DNA from: Bacteroidota bacterium
GTDB lineage: Bacteria > Bacteroidota > Bacteroidia > Chitinophagales > Chitinophagaceae
Reading direction: 5' to 3'
Assembly: GCA_041183265.1 (NCBI GenBank)
Contig: JBEGMC010000034.1
Span: forward strand, 80-64,079
DNA: 64,000 bases
Positions 55,361-63,388 of the stretch are shown one piece after another. Position 1 is the first letter of the stretch, and the number at the start of each line of letters is the position of its first letter. The notes below the pieces were generated by a model. It worked only from the letters and a program-made list of their open reading frames with translations, was not told the origin of the DNA and searched no databases. The position numbers were made by a program, and so were the translations under genes.

Positions 55361-57022
55361 ATGTCCAACTTCAGGAACTACTCTTTGCCCTATTCTATTG
55401 ATTCCAGGTTCTCCAAAAAAGTTGCCTATTTCTCCATGGAATTTGCCATTCACCAACCGCTGAAAATTTACAGTGGCGGACTTGGATTTTTATCTGGTTC
55501 ACATCTGAGAAGTGGGTACGAATTGCGTCAAAACTTAATTGGCATTGGAATACTGTGGAAATATGGATATTATGATCAGGCTAGAAATCAGGATCAAACC
55601 TTGCAGGTGCAATGGAACGAGAAAATTTACAATTTCCTGGAGGATACCGGAATCAAGTTTCAAGTGATGATTCACGACGCCCCGGTTTGGGTCAAAGCTT
55701 TCTATTTGAATCCCGAAACTTTCAAGTCGGCCCCTTTGTTTTTGTTGAGTACAGACCTTCCTGAAAACGACTATGTTTCTCAGACCATTACACACCGTTT
55801 GTATGATGCCAATGTTGCAACGAAAGTTGCACAATTTATTTTATTGGGTGTAGGCGGTGCAAAATTGATAGATGAATTGGGTTACAAACCAGATGTCTAC
55901 CATTTGAACGAGGCCCATGCTATTTCTTCAGCATTTTACTTGTTGAATAAAAATGGTGGTGATCTCGATGCATTGAAACGTCAGTTGGTATTTACCACAC
56001 ATACACCCGAGGAAGCGGGAAATGAAAAGCATGATATTTATCTGTGTGAAAAAATGTCTTATTTCTGTGGCATGCCGCTTGCTAAAGTAAGAGAGGTAAC
56101 TGGAATGGAGGATGATCAATTCAATCATTCGCTTGCGGCACTGAGATTTGCCAGATTGTCCAACGCAGTTTCTGAATTGCATGGACATGTAAGCAGAAAA
56201 ATGTGGGGTAAATATGATGGTGTTTGTCCGATCATCCATATTACCAATTCTCAGAATTGGAGATATTGGGCGGATAAGCAATTGTACTTTGCCATGGATG
56301 AGCAAAACGATGAAAAATTTATTGACCGCAAAAGATATCTTAAAAAAAGAGCATTTGACTTGGTGGCTGATCAAACAGGCAAACTGCTCGATCAGGATGT
56401 TTTTACCATCGTATGGGCAAGAAGGTTTGCGGGATACAAACGTGCAGATTTGCTGACACGTGACAGGGAACGATTTGATGCAATGCTTGCCAATGCCAAA
56501 TATCCAGTTCAAATCATTTGGGCTGGAAAGCCTTACCCGGTTGATTATCCAGCTATCACCGAGTTCAATCACCTGGTTCACCTCAGCAAGAGCCATCAAA
56601 ACATGGCTGTTTGCACCGGGTACGAGCTGGGACTGAGCAAGCGTCTCAAGCAGGCAGCAGACATATGGTTAAACAATCCCAGGGTGCCAAGAGAAGCATC
56701 CGGCACGAGCGGCATGACAGCAGCCATGAATGGAGCTGTGAATTTTTCCACGAATGACGGATGGATTGTAGAGTTTGTAAATCACGGTAACAACGGATTT
56801 GTTGTCCCGCCGAAAGATTACGAGAACATGCATGTGCATGACCAGGATGATTATGACCTGAATGAATTGTACAGAATACTGCAAGAGGAAATTCTTCCCT
56901 TGTACTACGATGCACCCCATACGTGGCGACAAATTGTTCAAAATGGCATGAAAGACGTCCGATTCAGGTTTGATTCCAACCGCATGGCAACAGAGTATTA
57001 CGATCTGCTTTACAACGGGTAG
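55361..57022 (+). CDS. alpha-glucan family phosphorylase (GT35)
   Basis: 553 aa from ATG 55361. Motifs VAYFSMEFAI, YSGGLGFLSGSHLRS, FTTHTPEEAG and EASGTSGMTAAMNGA. Confidence 0.88.
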   Translation: MSNFRNYSLPYSIDSRFSKKVAYFSMEFAIHQPLKIYSGGLGFLSGSHLRSGYELRQNLIGIGILWKYGYYDQARNQDQTLQVQWNEKIYNFLEDTGIKFQVMIHDAPVWVKAFYLNPETFKSAPLFLLSTDLPENDYVSQTITHRLYDANVATKVAQFILLGVGGAKLIDELGYKPDVYHLNEAHAISSAFYLLNKNGGDLDALKRQLVFTTHTPEEAGNEKHDIYLCEKMSYFCGMPLAKVREVTGMEDDQFNHSLAALRFARLSNAVSELHGHVSRKMWGKYDGVCPIIHITNSQNWRYWADKQLYFAMDEQNDEKFIDRKRYLKKRAFDLVADQTGKLLDQDVFTIVWARRFAGYKRADLLTRDRERFDAMLANAKYPVQIIWAGKPYPVDYPAITEFNHLVHLSKSHQNMAVCTGYELGLSKRLKQAADIWLNNPRVPREASGTSGMTAAMNGAVNFSTNDGWIVEFVNHGNNGFVVPPKDYENMHVHDQDDYDLNELYRILQEEILPLYYDAPHTWRQIVQNGMKDVRFRFDSNRMATEYYDLLYNG

Positions 57023-57030
57023 TTCTTTAG

Positions 57031-57038
57031 TATCTTTG
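57031..57038 (+). promoter_or_regulatory. Bacteroidota -7 promoter box TAnnTTTG
   Basis: TATCTTTG, exactly 4 nt upstream of def ATG 57043. Confidence 0.5.
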
Positions 57039-57042
57039 CAGC

Positions 57043-57621
57043 ATGATTCTTCCAGTTGTGGCATACGGACATCCTGTTCTGAGGCAGGTTTGTGAGGATA
57101 TACAATCTGATTATCCCAACCTAGATGTATTGATTGCAAATATGTGGGAGACCATGTACCACTCCCATGGCATGGGAATCGCCGCACCTCAAATCAACAA
57201 AGCCATCAGATTGTTTGTGATTGATACGGAACAGGTGTACAACAACAGTGATGAAGATGAGCGAGTGCAATTTGAAGGTGAGCAAGGCTTGAAAAAAGTC
57301 TTCATCAATGCACATATCACCGAAAGAACTGGAAAAGAATGGACTTGTGACGAAGGTTGTTTGAGCCTGCCCGGTTTTAGAGAAGAAGTCACCAGGGAAA
57401 ATATCATCACGATTTCTTACAGCGATGAAAATTTTGTCCAAAAGGTTGAAACTTTCCGCGGACTCAATGCACGTGTGATACAGCATGAGTATGACCATAT
57501 CGAAGGAAAATTATTCATAGATCATATTTCTTTGATCAAAAGAAAATTGCTCAAGAAAAAGCTGGATGATATCAGCGCAGGAAGAGTAAAGCCTGGCTAC
57601 AAAATGTTGTTTGCCAAATAA
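57043..57621 (+). CDS. def: peptide deformylase
   Basis: 192 aa. Motifs GMGIAAPQ, EGCLSLPG and QHEYDHIEG. The ATG is 4 nt below a TATCTTTG box. Confidence 0.95.
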   Translation: MILPVVAYGHPVLRQVCEDIQSDYPNLDVLIANMWETMYHSHGMGIAAPQINKAIRLFVIDTEQVYNNSDEDERVQFEGEQGLKKVFINAHITERTGKEWTCDEGCLSLPGFREEVTRENIITISYSDENFVQKVETFRGLNARVIQHEYDHIEGKLFIDHISLIKRKLLKKKLDDISAGRVKPGYKMLFAK

Positions 57622-58013
57622 TCCTGCAACATCATGGTTGCGGCAATGACATCAATATTTGATTTGTCTCTGCGGTCCTTTTTTTTCATTCCCATTTCCA
57701 CCATTGCTCTGGATGCCATCTTGGAGCTGTATCTCTCATCTACCGGAATGACGGGAATAGCGGGAAACATATTTTTCAGTCTTCTGATGCAATGTTGAAC
57801 CGAAGCAGTCGCATCTGTGGGAGATCCATCCAGGTTGGTTGGATTCCCAATGATAATTTTTTCGACCGATTCTTTGCCTGCATAGTCTTTCAAAAAATCA
57901 AAAAGTTTTTCAGTTTCAATGGTTAGCAATCCATTGGCAATGATTTTCAATGGATCAGTTGCTGCAATGCCAGTCCGCTTCTTTCCATAGTCCAATGCGA
58001 TGATTCTTCCCAT
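57597..58013 (-). CDS. ruvX: Holliday junction resolvase-like protein RuvX (YqgF)
   Basis: 138 aa. Motifs GRIIALDYGKKRTGIA and VDERYSS. The 3' end overlaps the def 3' end by 25 nt. Confidence 0.9.
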   Translation of the reverse strand: MGRIIALDYGKKRTGIAATDPLKIIANGLLTIETEKLFDFLKDYAGKESVEKIIIGNPTNLDGSPTDATASVQHCIRRLKNMFPAIPVIPVDERYSSKMASRAMVEMGMKKKDRRDKSNIDVIAATMMLQDYLANNIL

Positions 58014-58922
58014 TTATCCAAAATAAATTAAATCTGTGATGCTGAAAGAGGCGAAAACAATGCTGGCAATGCCATTGGCTGTCATGAAGGCAATATCCAC
58101 CTTGCTCAAGTCATTTTCTTTCACAATGCTCTGTTGATAAAAGAGCATGGCAGCATAGATGATGAGACCAGTGTAGTAGATCCAATGCATACCGCTTGCG
58201 TATCCAAACCCAATCAAAAGCAATGCAGTGCTGAAATGCAAAATTCTCGAAACCAGCAATGCGTTTTTTCTTCCCAAATAACCTGGAACTGAGTGAAGTC
58301 CCTCCGAAATATCAAATGCGTCATCTTGCAGAGCATAAATGATATCAAATCCGCTTACCCATCCAATCACAGCAGCAGACAATAATATGATGGGCAGGTT
58401 TGCTTGTTCTGTGACTGCGATGAATGCGCCCACCGGTGCCAGGGAAAGTCCTAGTCCTAATATCAAGTGGCAGAGAGGTGTAAAGCGTTTGGTGTAGCTG
58501 TAACCCAGAATGACGATCAGCGCAATTGGAGACAACCCAAAGCAAGTCGGGTTGATCATCCATGCACTCGCCATAAACAAAATGGAGTTGATGATGGTAA
58601 ACCGGAGGGCGCCAGCTGGACTGATGATTCCTCTTGGAATTTCACGAATGGCTGTCCTCGGATTTTTTGCGTCAAATGTCCTGTCCAGATATCGATTGAA
58701 TGCCATGGCAGCACTGCGAGCAAAAATCATGCAGAGCAGGATGTGAAAAAAAATCATCCAATGTCCAATGAAATAATCTTTTACTTTCTCCCATCCATTC
58801 AATGAGGTTTCATTTTGTTGTTCGAACATAAGTCCAACAAAAAATCCGACCAATGCAAAAGGCATGGCGAAAATCGTATGGGAAAATTTTATCAGGGATA
58901 AATAATGCGATAGTCGTTTCAT
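58014..58922 (-). CDS. UbiA family aromatic prenyltransferase (candidate menaquinone-pathway prenyltransferase)
   Basis: 302 aa with about 8 TM segments. Asp-rich motifs NRYLDRTFD and YALQDDAFD. Confidence 0.82.
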   Translation of the reverse strand: MKRLSHYLSLIKFSHTIFAMPFALVGFFVGLMFEQQNETSLNGWEKVKDYFIGHWMIFFHILLCMIFARSAAMAFNRYLDRTFDAKNPRTAIREIPRGIISPAGALRFTIINSILFMASAWMINPTCFGLSPIALIVILGYSYTKRFTPLCHLILGLGLSLAPVGAFIAVTEQANLPIILLSAAVIGWVSGFDIIYALQDDAFDISEGLHSVPGYLGRKNALLVSRILHFSTALLLIGFGYASGMHWIYYTGLIIYAAMLFYQQSIVKENDLSKVDIAFMTANGIASIVFASFSITDLIYFG

Positions 58923-59455
58923 TTCAATTTTCTCATTTGTTTGTAAAGCTCCCAGAGTACAATACCGGCTGAAACGCTGATATTGAAAGAATGTTTGCTG
59001 CCAAATTGCGGAATCTCAATACAGCCATCACAGAGACCTATGGTTGTTTCTTCCACACCTGTAGCTTCATTTCCAAAGACCAATGCAATGGGTTGATGCG
59101 ATTGAATTTCTATATGCTCAAGAGAAATGCTGCCGTGTACCTGTTCAACTGCAAAGACCCTGTAGCCTTTATTTTTTAATTGTTGGATGCAATCATGGGT
59201 GTTTTCAAATCCTGCCCAGGCAACAGTTTCCGTTGCTCCCAGCGCGGTTTTCTGGATATCTCTGTGGGGTGGTTTGGGGGTATATCCACAGAGGAAAATG
59301 GTGTCAACCAAAAATGCATCAGAGGTTCTGAAAACACTCCCCACATTGTGCATGCTTCTCACGTTCTCCAGCACCAAAGCAATGGGCATTTTTTGGGTTT
59401 CCAGAAATGCTTGTCTGCTGAGGCGGCCCAGTTCGTCCATTTCTTTCTTCTGCAT
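58919..59455 (-). CDS. TrmH/SpoU family RNA 2'-O-methyltransferase
   Basis: 178 aa from ATG 59455, 4 nt below a TATCTTTG box. SpoU motifs ENVRSMHNVGSVFRTSDAF, LVFGNEATGV and IPQFGSKHSFNISVSAGIVL. Confidence 0.85.
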   Translation of the reverse strand: MQKKEMDELGRLSRQAFLETQKMPIALVLENVRSMHNVGSVFRTSDAFLVDTIFLCGYTPKPPHRDIQKTALGATETVAWAGFENTHDCIQQLKNKGYRVFAVEQVHGSISLEHIEIQSHQPIALVFGNEATGVEETTIGLCDGCIEIPQFGSKHSFNISVSAGIVLWELYKQMRKLK

Positions 59456-59459
59456 ATGC

Positions 59460-59467
59460 CAAAGATA
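59460..59467 (-). promoter_or_regulatory. Bacteroidota -7 promoter box TAnnTTTG
   Basis: Minus strand reads TATCTTTG, exactly 4 nt upstream of the TrmH-like ATG 59455. Confidence 0.5.
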
Positions 59468-59497
59468 CAACCAGATGCTACTTTTATGAATAAAGAA

Positions 59498-59505
59498 TAA
59501 CTTTG
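59498..59505 (+). promoter_or_regulatory. Bacteroidota -7 promoter box TAnnTTTG
   Basis: TAACTTTG, exactly 4 nt upstream of the kinase-RapZ fusion ATG 59510. Confidence 0.5.
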
Positions 59506-59509
59506 CATC

Positions 59510-60967
59510 ATGCACAATGCATTCGAAAAAATTACAGAGGCTGTAAGCAAGTGGGATGCTGACAAAGGGATTGAGATTGAGTCATTGAGACAGGCAGGCA
59601 GTAACCGCCAGTATTTTAGGTTGAAAAAGGGGGAAACGTCATTTATTCTGACCTACAATCCTTCCAATGTTCCTGAAAACAATGCCTTTGTTTCATTCAC
59701 CAGGCATTTTTCTGATCATGCCTTGTTTGTCCCCAGCATTGAATACGTTGCCGACAACCAGGAATTTTATATTCAATCTGACCTGGGCGATCTCTCTTTA
59801 TTTGATGTAATCAAGCAGGAAGGATTTTCTGATCGTGTGAAGGATCTTTTCAAACAAACCTGCCAGTCGCTCGCACAACTGCAAATTGTTGGTGGTAGAA
59901 ATATCGATTACAGCAATTGCATAGCCACCCGGTCGTTTGACAAGCAGGCGATTTACTCAGATTTGCTTTATTTTCTATATTACTTTGTACGCGCACTCGA
60001 TCTGCCATACGACAAAAATTTATTGTTGAATGATTTTGAAATGCTCAGCAGTTACCTCGTGCAGGAAGAGCAACAATACTTCATGCACCGTGATTGTCAA
60101 AGCAGAAACATCATGATCAAAGACAACAATGTTTGGTTCATTGACTACCAAGGAGGCATGCAAGGTGCATTGCAGTATGACATAGCTTCGTTGTTGTGGC
60201 AAGCCAGGGCCCAGATGCCATATGAATGGAGAGATGAACTGGTGAATTTTTATTTTGAGCATGCGAACCAATTGCTAGAGGGTGCTTTGAAAAAAGAAGA
60301 CTTTCTTTCCAATTATGATGGATTTGTATTGATCAGGATGCTGCAAACATTGGGTGCATATGGATTCAGGGGATTGTTTGAGCGTAAACCCCATTTTATT
60401 GCAAGTATTCCATTTGCACTTAAAAACCTGAAATGGTTTTTAGAAAACAAGAAGTTGCTCATCAGGCTGCCTGCATTGCAAAAAGTACTGCATGCCATTG
60501 TTGCAGATGAAATTCTTGAAAAGTTTGCAACCATCACTGCTGGTCCCGATTGCAAACTGACCATCCACATCAACAGCTTTTCTTTCAAAAAGGGCATTCC
60601 GCAAGATGAATTTGGAAATGGAGGTGGTTATGTATTTGATTGCAGGGGAATATTGAATCCAGGACGGTTGGAAGAATACAAAACACTTACAGGAAGAGAC
60701 AAGCCTGTTCAAGAATTTTTGTTGCACAAAACCAATATGCCATCCTTTTTGCAGCATGTTTTTGGCATCATTGATATTTCTGTGGAGGATTATATCAAAA
60801 GAAGTTTCGAGGGACTCACCATCAGTTTTGGTTGCACCGGCGGACAGCATCGGAGTGTATTTGCTGCAGATCGACTCGCTGAACACCTGATGGAAAAATA
60901 CAAGGTGCAAACTGTAGTCCGCCACATAGAGCAGGATGCTAAAAATTGGATCAATGAGCCCTATTAA
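59510..60967 (+). CDS. fusion protein: AmgK-like (APH-fold) sugar kinase domain + RapZ C-terminal-like domain
   Basis: 485 aa. The N-terminal ~340 aa show AGSNRQYFRL, FMHRDCQSRNIMI and FIDYQGGMQGALQYDIASLLWQ (anomeric MurNAc/GlcNAc kinase-like phosphotransferase pattern). The C-terminal ~135 aa show INSFSFKKGIP, FDCRGILNPGR, TGRDKPVQEFL and GCTGGQHRSVFAADRLAEHL (60830-60859), matching my recollection of the E. coli RapZ C-domain GCTGGKHRSV core. Confidence 0.75.
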   Translation: MHNAFEKITEAVSKWDADKGIEIESLRQAGSNRQYFRLKKGETSFILTYNPSNVPENNAFVSFTRHFSDHALFVPSIEYVADNQEFYIQSDLGDLSLFDVIKQEGFSDRVKDLFKQTCQSLAQLQIVGGRNIDYSNCIATRSFDKQAIYSDLLYFLYYFVRALDLPYDKNLLLNDFEMLSSYLVQEEQQYFMHRDCQSRNIMIKDNNVWFIDYQGGMQGALQYDIASLLWQARAQMPYEWRDELVNFYFEHANQLLEGALKKEDFLSNYDGFVLIRMLQTLGAYGFRGLFERKPHFIASIPFALKNLKWFLENKKLLIRLPALQKVLHAIVADEILEKFATITAGPDCKLTIHINSFSFKKGIPQDEFGNGGGYVFDCRGILNPGRLEEYKTLTGRDKPVQEFLLHKTNMPSFLQHVFGIIDISVEDYIKRSFEGLTISFGCTGGQHRSVFAADRLAEHLMEKYKVQTVVRHIEQDAKNWINEPY

Positions 60968-61694
60968 TCAATGCAAGGCCATGCTGTTTGCAGCTGGATT
61001 GGGTACAAGGCTCAAGCCATTTACCGACCATCATCCAAAGGCACTTGCTCAGGTCAACAATAAATCGCTGCTTCAAAGAAATCTGGAGTACTTGCAATCG
61101 TTCGGCATCAAACATTTTGTTATCAACGTGCATCATTTTGCAGATCAGATCATCGCAGCGTTGGATAAACTTTCCAGTGAACAGTGGAGTTATGACATTT
61201 CTCATGAAGTAAACGGCCCTTTTGAAACCGGTGGGGGATTGGCTTTTGCTGCCAAGTATTTATCAGGACATGATCAGCCATTTGTGGGCATGAATGTTGA
61301 TATCCTTACAGACCTTGATTTGAATGGCATGTTTGATTATCATCAAAAAATACAACCGCTCGTTACACTCGCGGTCACAGATCGGAAAAGTTCGAGACAT
61401 TTTTTATTTGATGATGAAATGAAGTTGGTTGGATGGAGAAACAATAAAACAGGAGAGGAGAAATGGGTAAATGGATGGGTTGAAAACACAAAGCCATTTG
61501 CTTTCTCCGGTATTCACATCATCGATCCCCGCATTTTTGGTTTCATGCCCACTGAGGGAACATTTTCCATTGTTGATGTTTATCTGCGCATTGCCAAGGA
61601 TGAATTGGTCATTGCATATGATCATACAGGGGATCTTGTGCTGGATGTAGGCAAGCCAGAAGCCCTGGTGAAAGCGGAGGAAATGTTTTCATGA
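60954..61694 (+). CDS. sugar-1-phosphate nucleotidyltransferase, MurU-like
   Basis: 246 aa from ATG 60954 (alternative start 60981). The LFAAGLGTRLKP motif and a single-domain NTP-transferase fold. Overlaps the upstream kinase-fusion gene. Confidence 0.8.
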   Translation: MSPINQCKAMLFAAGLGTRLKPFTDHHPKALAQVNNKSLLQRNLEYLQSFGIKHFVINVHHFADQIIAALDKLSSEQWSYDISHEVNGPFETGGGLAFAAKYLSGHDQPFVGMNVDILTDLDLNGMFDYHQKIQPLVTLAVTDRKSSRHFLFDDEMKLVGWRNNKTGEEKWVNGWVENTKPFAFSGIHIIDPRIFGFMPTEGTFSIVDVYLRIAKDELVIAYDHTGDLVLDVGKPEALVKAEEMFS

Positions 61695-62369
61695 TCAGGG
61701 TATATAATCTTTTCCGGCAATTACAATTACAATTTCACCTTTCACGGTTTTTTGGATGAAATGATCATGCACTTCTTTCAAAGTGCCTCTTGCATTTTCT
61801 TCAAATTTCTTGGTGAGCTCTCTTGAGACGCAACAAGGGCGATCTTCACCGAAATATTCCATCAGTTGATGAAGTGTTTTCACCAAGCGCATAGGGGATT
61901 CATATAAAATAATGGTTCTGTTTTCATTTGCCAGAGCAGTCAACATGGTATGTCTCCCTTTTTTCAAGGGCAGAAATCCTTCAAAACAGAAACTATCCGA
62001 TGGGAGTCCGCTGTTTACCAATGCAGGTATCAAAGCTGTTGCACCCGGCAAACATTCTACTCTTATGCCTGCTTTGATGCATGCACGGATGATAAAAAAG
62101 GCGGGGTCTGAAATACCTGGTGTACCGGCATCAGTGAGTAAAGCCATTTTTTTTCCTTCCTGCATTTGCGCAACCAGTCGCTCAGTAACCTGATGTTCAT
62201 TGTGCTGGTGATAAGATTGCAGTGGTTTGCTGATGGAATAATGCTTGAGCAACACGCCTGATGTGCGGGTGTCTTCAGCAAGGATCAAATCGACTTCTTT
62301 TAATACATCTACAGCCCTGAATGTCATATCAGCGAGATTGCCGATGGGAGTAGGTACGATGTAAAGCAT
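61695..62369 (-). CDS. rsmI: 16S rRNA (cytidine1402-2'-O)-methyltransferase
   Basis: 224 aa. Motifs MLYIVPTPIGNLADMTFRA, AEDTR and DAGTPGISDP. Confidence 0.93.
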   Translation of the reverse strand: MLYIVPTPIGNLADMTFRAVDVLKEVDLILAEDTRTSGVLLKHYSISKPLQSYHQHNEHQVTERLVAQMQEGKKMALLTDAGTPGISDPAFFIIRACIKAGIRVECLPGATALIPALVNSGLPSDSFCFEGFLPLKKGRHTMLTALANENRTIILYESPMRLVKTLHQLMEYFGEDRPCCVSRELTKKFEENARGTLKEVHDHFIQKTVKGEIVIVIAGKDYIP

Positions 62370-62378
62370 TATAAAAGT

Positions 62379-62630
62379 TTACTGGGAGATGATGCTGATC
62401 TCGAAATGCTCCATCACTTGGTTGGCAAGTAATTTTGTGGCGGCTTCTTCTGCAACTTTTTTTGCATCGTTTTCATTTGCAGCATCAACTTGCAGTGTAA
62501 TTCTTTTTCCTATTCTTACATCTTGCACGGATTTCAATCCAAGGTTGTGCAAACCTCCCAATACTGCCTTTCCTTGTGGATCCAATAAGTCTTTCAAGGG
62601 CATGACATTGATGGCAACAGTATAAATCAT
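62379..62630 (-). CDS. purS: phosphoribosylformylglycinamidine synthase subunit PurS
   Basis: 83 aa from ATG 62630 (MIYTVAINVMPLKDLLDPQGKAV...). The track start 62852 is an extension running through pssA in another frame. Confidence 0.88.
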   Translation of the reverse strand: MIYTVAINVMPLKDLLDPQGKAVLGGLHNLGLKSVQDVRIGKRITLQVDAANENDAKKVAEEAATKLLANQVMEHFEISIISQ

Positions 62631-63388
62631 TGTAGCTCTTTTTTGAAAAGCAAAGATACTAGAATATAGGTGATCAGAATGACAAAGCCCGAAAGCCATC
62701 CCAGCAGGATCACTGCTGCCAATGAGAGGGTGATCAGAAGATATCTTGAAATATTTCCCTTCCAATGATAGTTTTTGAACTTTAGGTTGATCAGTGGAAT
62801 AGAGGAGACCATCAGATAAGCAACGACGCATGCAATGCCATAAAGCATCCATTTATTGACCAGGATCGCTTGCAAGTTGAATAAGTTATAAAACGAAATC
62901 ATCGGCAATGTTGCAATCAGGAGTCCAGCTGCAGGTGCAGGCAGTCCCTTGAAATGATGACTGCTCGAACTGTCAATGTTGAATCTTGCCAATCTCCATG
63001 CAGCAGCAGCGGGAAGAACAAGCATGGGAAGAAAATACAGGTTGGATTGATCCATTCCAGATGGTTCTGCTGCCAGTGAAATTCTCAGCAATTGATACAT
63101 GATGGCTCCCGGTGCAACACCAAATGAGACGACATCTGCGAGCGAGTCGAGTTGTTTTCCCATCTCTGAATCAGCTTTTAACAGTCTCGCGATGAAACCA
63201 TCAAAGAAATCGACTGTTGCGGCGAGAAAAATACAAATGGCTGCCCATGTGATTTTCTCAGGAAAATAAATTTTCCATTCACCACTCTCGAGATTCACAA
63301 TGGTCTCACCTGTTTGCAGTGTGAACACCATTGCTATGCAACCAAAACAAAGATTGAGCAGGGTAAAAAGATTGGCCAGGTGTTTCAT
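62627..63388 (-). CDS. pssA: CDP-diacylglycerol--serine O-phosphatidyltransferase (CDP-alcohol phosphatidyltransferase family)
   Basis: 253 aa. Motif DFFDGFIARLLKADSEMGKQLDSLADVVSFG (D-x2-DG-x2-AR...G-x3-D-x3-D) and multiple TM segments. Confidence 0.88.
   Translation of the reverse strand: MKHLANLFTLLNLCFGCIAMVFTLQTGETIVNLESGEWKIYFPEKITWAAICIFLAATVDFFDGFIARLLKADSEMGKQLDSLADVVSFGVAPGAIMYQLLRISLAAEPSGMDQSNLYFLPMLVLPAAAAWRLARFNIDSSSSHHFKGLPAPAAGLLIATLPMISFYNLFNLQAILVNKWMLYGIACVVAYLMVSSIPLINLKFKNYHWKGNISRYLLITLSLAAVILLGWLSGFVILITYILVSLLFKKELQ

Noticed and set aside
55928-57187. Minus-strand ORFs of 223 aa and 172 aa.
   Set aside because: They are antisense to the alpha-glucan phosphorylase and def genes, so they are shadow ORFs.
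62631-62852. 74-aa N-terminal extension of purS.
   Set aside because: It runs through the pssA coding region in a different frame. PurS homology begins at MIYTVAINV (ATG 62630).
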